Origin: the human T2T-CHM13v2.0 reference genome, Homo sapiens
Assembly: GCF_009914755.1 (NCBI RefSeq)
Contig: NC_060926.1
Reading direction: 5' to 3' (one strand)
DNA: 64,000 nt
A program made the position numbers and the translations under genes. Each line of letters starts with the position of its first letter. The stretch's first letter is position 1. Shown piece after piece: positions 57,031 to 64,000 of this stretch. The notes under the pieces were generated by a model. The model did not search any database. It saw nothing but the letters and a program-made list of their open reading frames with translations, and was not told the origin of the DNA.

Positions 57031-58111
57031 AAAAGAATAAATTAATGCACAAATGCAGGAGGCATCATTGCTCTCAGGGCAAGAGCTGTCCTCCACATAC
57101 AATTTGGGATACGTTATGAGGCATAGAGAAGAGGTCTGAAGGCCTTTCTAGAGTGTGTTGGGTAGAGGCAGGGGAAGAGGAGAAAGAATTAGCTGGGGTG
57201 GGCTATCTCTTAGCCTCCTGAAGGCTAAACAGACTTGACCCTGACATTAGACTTGCTGAGTGGCTGAGTGTAGTGGAGGCATGGGGATGGGTGGACTGAG
57301 GGCTGAGCAGGTACAAGAGAGCATGTGTTCACATTCAGAGAATGCTCTGCCCAGGTGGGCCTGCCAGACAGAGATTTATGTGGACTGCCAAAACTCAGGG
57401 AAACATCTGCTGGAGAAGACTCTGGCCAGAAATCCCACTGGCCTGAGGGCTAACATGAGGCACTTTTAGTACTAGCCAAGCTCATTTCCCATTGTCAATT
57501 TGAATGAAATTTCCAGAACATGTACTGGCTCAGGATACATTGTCCAGATGTTGGCAAAATAAAAGCCAAAAAGGAATATTTAAAGTCGGCTGCTTCTCTT
57601 GTGACTCCACAGCTCTTTTGCCAAACATGCAAGCTTGTCTTGTTAGAAGCTGAAGCCTGAGCCAAGGTCTTGGGTGGACAGGACTTGAAGGAAACTTTGG
57701 GCCATATTCAAACAATCTTGGACTGAGTAGTGGTCACTAAATTCTCCATTAGAATACAGCTATTCACAAACTCAAGGGAAGTGAACTGCGAAGCAAAAAC
57801 TCAGAGCATTAGTATTGGGACTTTGTAAAATCAGCCTGCAAATCTGAGGAACCAACCATGCTAGTGTCACCAAAAGGCATGAAGGACATGTGGGAGGAAG
57901 TAATGGGATTATCACCTACTATCTGAGACAGAAGGCATTTTTGGAGTCTTTAAGACTAGAAGGTACCTTAGAGACCCTCTGCTCCCAGTTTTCCATATCT
58001 ATCTCTACCCTGGACTTCTGAGCTCAGTCCTCTATAAAAGTTGGCCAGAGACGGTAACATCAGGGCATTTGCTGAATATTGAAGTCACATCAACCTGACT
58101 TCTCCTCAATT

Positions 58112-58801
58112 TGATATAGACAGGAGACAGGGAAATGCTGGGTAGAAGAGGGTGGTTCCCAGTAAAAGCCCCACCTTCAAGCATGGAGACCCATGGCCCT
58201 AAGTGGGAACAGGCATTTGTTTTTGTACCCAAAAAGTTGCCTTTTGGCCTGAGACACACCCCTATCCTGTCACATAAACTGCAAACCCCAGGCTCCAGAA
58301 GCAGATGAGGTGGTGAGAAAAGCAGAAGAACAGTGGAATGAGACAGCAAAGAAAGAGAGAAGAGGAACATCTCAACAATGAGAGGCTCAGCTGGGGATAG
58401 TCAGAAAGGAGTTCAGCCACTGGACAGTCAAACTCCTGGGGAAGATCATCTTCCGACTCCATCCCCACTTCCAGCTCCCCATCCATCCCACTAAGAGCTA
58501 CCTCCACCACTCAGTAAAACCCCTATCCATCCTTCAAGACCTGCTTCTTCCAGGATGCTGGACAAGAGCTCAGGATACACAAAGCTGTCACACTGGCCCT
58601 CTATCCCTGCAAAAAGGCAAAGGGTCCATTGAGGTGGTTAACACTCAAGCCATCTGTGAATGGCAGGCTAAAAGAGCACACTGTAACACACAGCTACTTG
58701 GGCTCCTGCACCTGTCTGCATGTTTCCCCTCCCCTCAGGGGTTTGGGCAGTGAGGTGACAGAACAGGAAAGCCACAGCCCTGTCACACATCTCCCATTTC
58801 A
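58112..58801 (+). mobile_element. Complete ERV1 solo LTR (LTR9/MER50 group) with 4-bp TSD
   Basis: TG...CA termini; tgatatagacaggagacagggaaatgctgggtagaagagggtgg; aaagctgtcacactggccctct; TSD aatt at 58108-58111 and 58802-58805. Confidence 0.88.
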
Positions 58802-58899
58802 AATTCTTCTCCCCTATATGCATTATATAATACTTAACTCAATCTTCTTCTTTAGAGACAAACTTCCTTTCCTATCTCTGGTAGATTAGTTCTCTTTTT

Positions 58900-59061
58900 T
58901 TTTTTTCCTTTTTCTTTCCCTTTTCTCTCTTTCCTTTTTTTTTTTGAGACAGGGTCTCTCTATGTCACCCAGGCTGGACTTGAACTCCTGGGCTCTAGCA
59001 AACCTTCCACCTCAGCCTCCCAGTAGATGGGGCAACAGGCATGCACCACCATGCCTGGCTC
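58900..59061 (-). mobile_element. FLAM (free left Alu monomer)
   Basis: Single monomer gagacagggtctctctatgtcacccaggctgg...gaactcctgggctc...caccaccatgcctggc; TSD agttctcttttt at 58888-58899 and 59062-59073. Confidence 0.85.
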
Positions 59062-60565
59062 AGTTCTCTTTTTGATTCTTGCCTACAGGGTTCCCTGTTG
59101 TTATCATTACATATCATGTTGGGTTAAGGAACAAAATCCCCATCAGGCTTGGCCTGGGGGATTCTTAGCAGTTGGTCTGACACATCACCCAATAGATAAG
59201 AAGGTTCTAAAGGAGGGAATTAAATTGTCTAACATCACCCAACTTATTAACGATAGAAGCAATTTCACAGCTCAAACCCTCTGATTCTTAACAGAATACC
59301 TCTACCAAAATTATGAGGATAGGTAAAATATATTTACTTCTATTTTTTCTAGTTTGTGCACAGGACTATAAATAACTTCTAATACATTAAGACATTAAAG
59401 TTATACAGGAAGCATCCCAAAATCTTAGAAAATAATGCTTGGTCAATAGAGCGCCAAATGCACATAAGACACACAAAAAGACATTCTAAAGAGGATGCTA
59501 AAATTACCAGAATCATTAACTAGATATATTCTGAGTTTCTATATAATGTCATCATCTTAGCTGAAAAATAAAACAATTCCAGGTGGTTAATATGGTGTGG
59601 AATAAAATATTTACACTTTTTAACATTTGTATTTAAAATACTCATTTGAGGCCTTCACATAGAATCAAAAATAGAAATTTAATGGTTCATTGACCTTTAT
59701 ATTTATAACTTCTAAAATTCTGGATAAGAGAATACAGATATTTTATCCAAATGAAATCGTAATCTTTTTGTAGCTTAAGTTTTCTCTGGCTTGGTTTGGT
59801 AACAGCCTGTTACTTTACATGAGTGATTATAAGCCTATCTTAAACTGTAGCCATTGCCCTAAAGAAAATGTTTATGGCCTGACTGGGATAATTGTATTCT
59901 CCTATTAAATATCACTCCTTCAGGGCTAGTTACTGTTGAGTATAAATGTGCCACTTTATATGCAAATAAAATGTCCTGAGATTTGAATAAAAAGTTCTGC
60001 ATATACCTACTGACAAATCAACTTATTATGATTCATATCAGCAAACAGAACTTCTCAAGATATAAGATGCTAATATTACATACAACAAGAGACAGTTCTT
60101 TCCTTGAATTTTGTTTTCAAAATGTTCAGATACAGCTGGAAATGTCTTTACTCATAGATATAGCAGATTTTGGGTTTGCATTCTGAGTTTCATTTTTAGT
60201 CAAAAGATCTTACGGTATTGTGATTACTTATTGCCAACCTTTTTTTTTTCTTTTTGTATATTTTAGTCTGACCTTGATTTGTCTTCAGTCCTTTTCCCAT
60301 ATACCCACATACCTGGGAAAAATCAACTTTTTCTCAGATACTCTAGCGCAAAGGCCAACTCAAAGTTCAGCTTTTCCAAGAAGCCTTCTTAAATTCGACC
60401 TAGGAAAGCATAGTTTCCTCAAACCTTGCGTGTGGAGTATAATCACCTCACATATTTGCATTTTCTTTTTATTTTTTTAACCTATCATCTCTGAATTTGA
60501 TCTTTGAGCAAAAGTACCCTCAGGAAAACTATCATTTTGCTGTTCACATTTGAAGGAGCAGTGTT

Positions 60566-60866
60566 TTTGTTTTCTGTTTTTTTTTGAGACAGGGTCTCCA
60601 TCTGTCGCGCAGGCTGGAGTGCAGCGGCGTGATCATGTCTCACCGAAACCTCAGCCATAAGGCTTCAGAGATCCTCTTGCTTCAGCCTCCGGAGTAGCTG
60701 GGATTACAGGCATGCACCACCATGCCTGGCTAACTTGTGGATTTTTGATAGAGATGGGGTTTTGCCATGTTGCCCAGGCTAGTCAAGAGCTCCTGGACTC
60801 AAGCAATCCAACCATCTCAGCCTCCCAAAGTGCTGGGATTACAGGCATGAGCCACCTCGCCCAACT
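60566..60866 (-). mobile_element. AluJb-like
   Basis: gagacagggtctc, gtgatcatg, gttgcccaggct, actcaagcaatcc; TSD core agcagtgtt. Confidence 0.9.
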
Positions 60867-61913
60867 AGAAGCAGTGTTCTTATATCTCAAATCCCATCTC
60901 AGACCTGTGCCTTGTGTTTTTAACAACCTCTCAGGGGTACTGTGCAACAACTCTTCAGAAAAGCAAAGCAAAACATATTATGTGTATTGGGGCCCTGTCT
61001 GTGCAGAGATAGTAATATGAGATAAACATGGATGATTTAAGGGAGAAACTATATAAAGCATTTAATCCCCATTTTCTCCACTTTCCCTACAGCTCTGCTG
61101 TCCTTGCCTGGAGCTGTCAGAGGAAAATGGGAGAATTCAATGGCATGATGTTGAAAACTGAACTCTGATTTTCTGGCCAATCCATCTACTTCCCTAGAGT
61201 TAAAGGATTCATAGGTGAATGGGAGCTGCAGGACCGTAGGAAAGGACATCTTTGGGTTATATCACCAAATCAACACAATATTGCATGTTTGGGAAGTTCA
61301 TTGCTTTTGTTGAAACTTTGAGAAAGCCCAATACCCAACAAGAAGAAAGTCATTCACTCAGGAGTTAAAGCTAAATACTTACACTTTTTGAGAAATACCT
61401 AAAATTTTATGATTGGGGTCTATTGTACTTCTTAATTAGAATTTAGGGCTAACAAGAGATATTATAACATCAATACTTGCATTATATAGAGGAGGCCTTT
61501 AAACTACTGTCTAGGGAATTCAGAGAGCCATGTTCCTTTACAACATTCCTTCTCGTGCAATTCAAAGACAATTGATAGCTAGAAAATGTCAAGGAACCAA
61601 GATTCTTGACCAACTTGAAAAGCAAGACTTGGATAAATGGCATTATGAGATATATTTGCACTAATTGTTTCAATTTGACTGAAGTATGTCATCTCTGCTA
61701 GATTGTAATTTCCACAAGGGTGAGGCTCATGTCTGCATATCACCCCTTATTTATACTCAGAAGGGTCCCTATTACCTAGTGGGCCCTCAAAAATATTTGA
61801 TGGATCATGGAATAATAAATTAATGCATGCTTGCCCGACCCTAAATATTGTTCTATTTCTTGTAGATTCTTCCAAAATTATAGTCACTCAATACTTATTC
61901 CTATTAGTTGGGT

Positions 61914-61927
61914 CACACACATACACA

Positions 61928-61976
<49 letters not shown>

Positions 61977-61977
61977 A
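61914..61977. repeat. (CA)n microsatellite, pure core (AC)21
   Basis: Pure run 61929-61970 with interrupted flanks. Confidence 0.97.
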
Positions 61978-62319
61978 GAGGCTAATGTGAATATAGGGTC
62001 TTTCCTTATAGCCTTTAAAATAGAATAAATTCTTATGTGCATTTAATAACTTAGATTTTCTGCTTGAAAGCAAATAAATGGAGTAAATCAGTCCCAAAAA
62101 TTAGAATAATTTCTGTAATACAAAATTAAACCAATTTAATTAACATTTTAATGTTAACAGGACACAGCTAAGATCACCCTTAGAATAATGAATCTATGTA
62201 AAGATCTTCATGGATAGAAAAGGTACAAATGGGTTTGCATGAAGCTTGTACCTACCTCTGATATTTGGGACAAAAGAGATGGGTCACTAGAAAGGTTTCT
62301 GCTTTAGAAATGACCTCCT

Positions 62320-62900
62320 TATCAATCTCCTTGTTTTTAATCTTGCCCTATAAATTCCATTCTTCAAAATGAAGTCAGAGTATCTGTTATTATCTCAAAT
62401 GTAGCTTCCTTGCTTAAAACACTTCAGTACTTCAGTAGTCCTATTGTCTTAGAGCAAATTTTTGGGGTCATTTCACTGGCATAAAAGGCCTGACCTAAAC
62501 TGTGTTCCTTTCTACAGATAGAATTTCATTTCATATCACTCATTGCCTTGAGCTATGTGCTGTGGTAATACCAAAGAACTGGTGATTACCTTGCTGAATA
62601 CGTTGCATTAATTCAAGCCTCTGTACTTGTGCTCACACTATTTCCTTTTCCTGGGGTGTTGTCCTCACCTGTCTTCCCCTTGTGACTCCTTCTCCCATTA
62701 AGACTTATCAAGTCTCCTCTAGGAGGTATTTAAAATGGCCTTCTGCTATGGTCCAATATAAGTCTGCATACATTTTATTATTTGCTGCATTACATTGAAA
62801 TTAACCAGTTACGTATCTGTTTCTTACTCTAGACTCTAAGTATTCCCATTACACCTCTTTATGGTTATCTTTATGGTTCTAGCTCCCATTTTGAAATCAG
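62320..62900 (+). mobile_element. L2 fragment
   Basis: cttgcttaaaacacttcagt...gcctctgtacttgtgctcacactatttccttttcctgg...tcttactctagactctaag. Confidence 0.6.
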
Positions 62901-62935
62901 TTATTATCCCAATAAAATCAATAAGTGTTGAACCA

Positions 62936-63227
62936 GGCTGAGTGCAGTGGCTCACACCCGTAATCTCAGTGGGAGTTTGGGAGGCCAAGGCAAGACAATC
63001 GCTTGAGGGCAGGAGTTTGAGAACAGCCTGGCCAACATAGTGAGACCACATCTCTAACAACAATAACAACAAAAAGCCAGGGTATGGTGGTACATGCCTA
63101 TAGTCCTAGCTACTCAGTGCTGATATGGGAGATCACTTGAGCTCAGGACTTCAAAACTGCAGTGAGCTATAATCACGCCCTGTGCCCCAGCCTGGACAAC
63201 AGAGCAAGACCCTGTCTCTTGAAAAAA
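62936..63227 (+). mobile_element. AluJo-like, inserted in L2
   Basis: gccaacatagtgagacc, gatcacttgagctcagg, gagctataatc; TSD core gtgttgaacc at 62925-62934 and 63229-63238. Confidence 0.9.
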
Positions 63228-64000
63228 TGTGTTGAACCGCACTGAGTATATAACATTATCTTGTTCTTTTGCCCATCTCCATCATTTCAATGTTCTGTTG
63301 TGGCCTGGGAGTTTCCAGAAAGTAACATTCTCTTTTCTTATGTGAATTGCTGAACTAAACTACTAATATTCTTCAGAATTATAGAGTAGTAACACTATAA
63401 ATGGCTGTTAACAAAAGCCATATGGCTAACACTGACCTGTTACTAAATAAGAGTATATTGAGGACTCAGGTGGGAAAAATATTCAAGAATTAGTTAGCTT
63501 CATGTGCTAATATTTATAAGAAATAATTACATTGCAAGAAACGTGTTAAAGCATCTCAGTTATGTTTAGTAGTAACTAAACTTGACACTATTTGCATATT
63601 TGGAGTACTTCTACTGTTTTTTCAACTTAAGAGCTCAAGCAAGTTTTATACATTCATAAAAAATTATAAAATCATTTCTTTATTTCAATTTTCAAGGCCA
63701 ACGTATTGTGTAGACTTTCTTATAATTGTTACAAACTCAGAAAAAGAAAGATTTATGAAAGAAACATTGACATTCCTTTAACAATGGTAGTTTTAGCAGG
63801 CACCTTGGTATTATCAGATATTGCGGCTCCCAGTCTCCAGTTTCCAGATAATGCAGTGACTTAATCAGTCCTCTCTGAAGTGCAAAGCAGGCAATCTTCT
63901 TTGTCCTTTGTGCATTTCTCACGTCTTACAACTGCCCCACTTCAATATTCCTGTGTGTCACCTACCCCACATCCGTCTTACCCTATATCACTATTCTTTG

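Overview
Human (Homo sapiens) AT-rich, non-coding DNA, intergenic or deep intronic; the species call rests on a human-specific L1HS-Ta and an AluYb8. I can support no cellular protein-coding exon, RNA gene or CpG island. The only real protein homology is a 5'-truncated LINE-1 ORF2 (4511-7213) broken by two in-frame stops; the other ORF-track entries are Alu, L1-antisense or chance ORFs. The window is a layered transposon record: ancient L2, MIR, L1M, MER5, MER20, MER81 and MLT1; primate ERV LTRs (LTR8, MER21, LTR9-like); 16 Alu-family elements from FLAM to AluYb8; a ~76-bp L1PA stub; and a rare SVA2 (VNTR-only, pre-SVA) retroposon. The most notable items are the SVA2 copy, a cluster of three very young insertions within ~9 kb (L1HS Ta-0 without a TSD, an AluY carrying 3 of 5 Ya5 diagnostics, and AluYb8), an LTR8 shaped like a retroposed polyadenylated transcript, and several compact transcription-factor motif clusters. 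I found no convincing new biological system. Repeat subfamily names come from my recall of consensus sequences, not a database search, and boundaries of old repeats are approximate.
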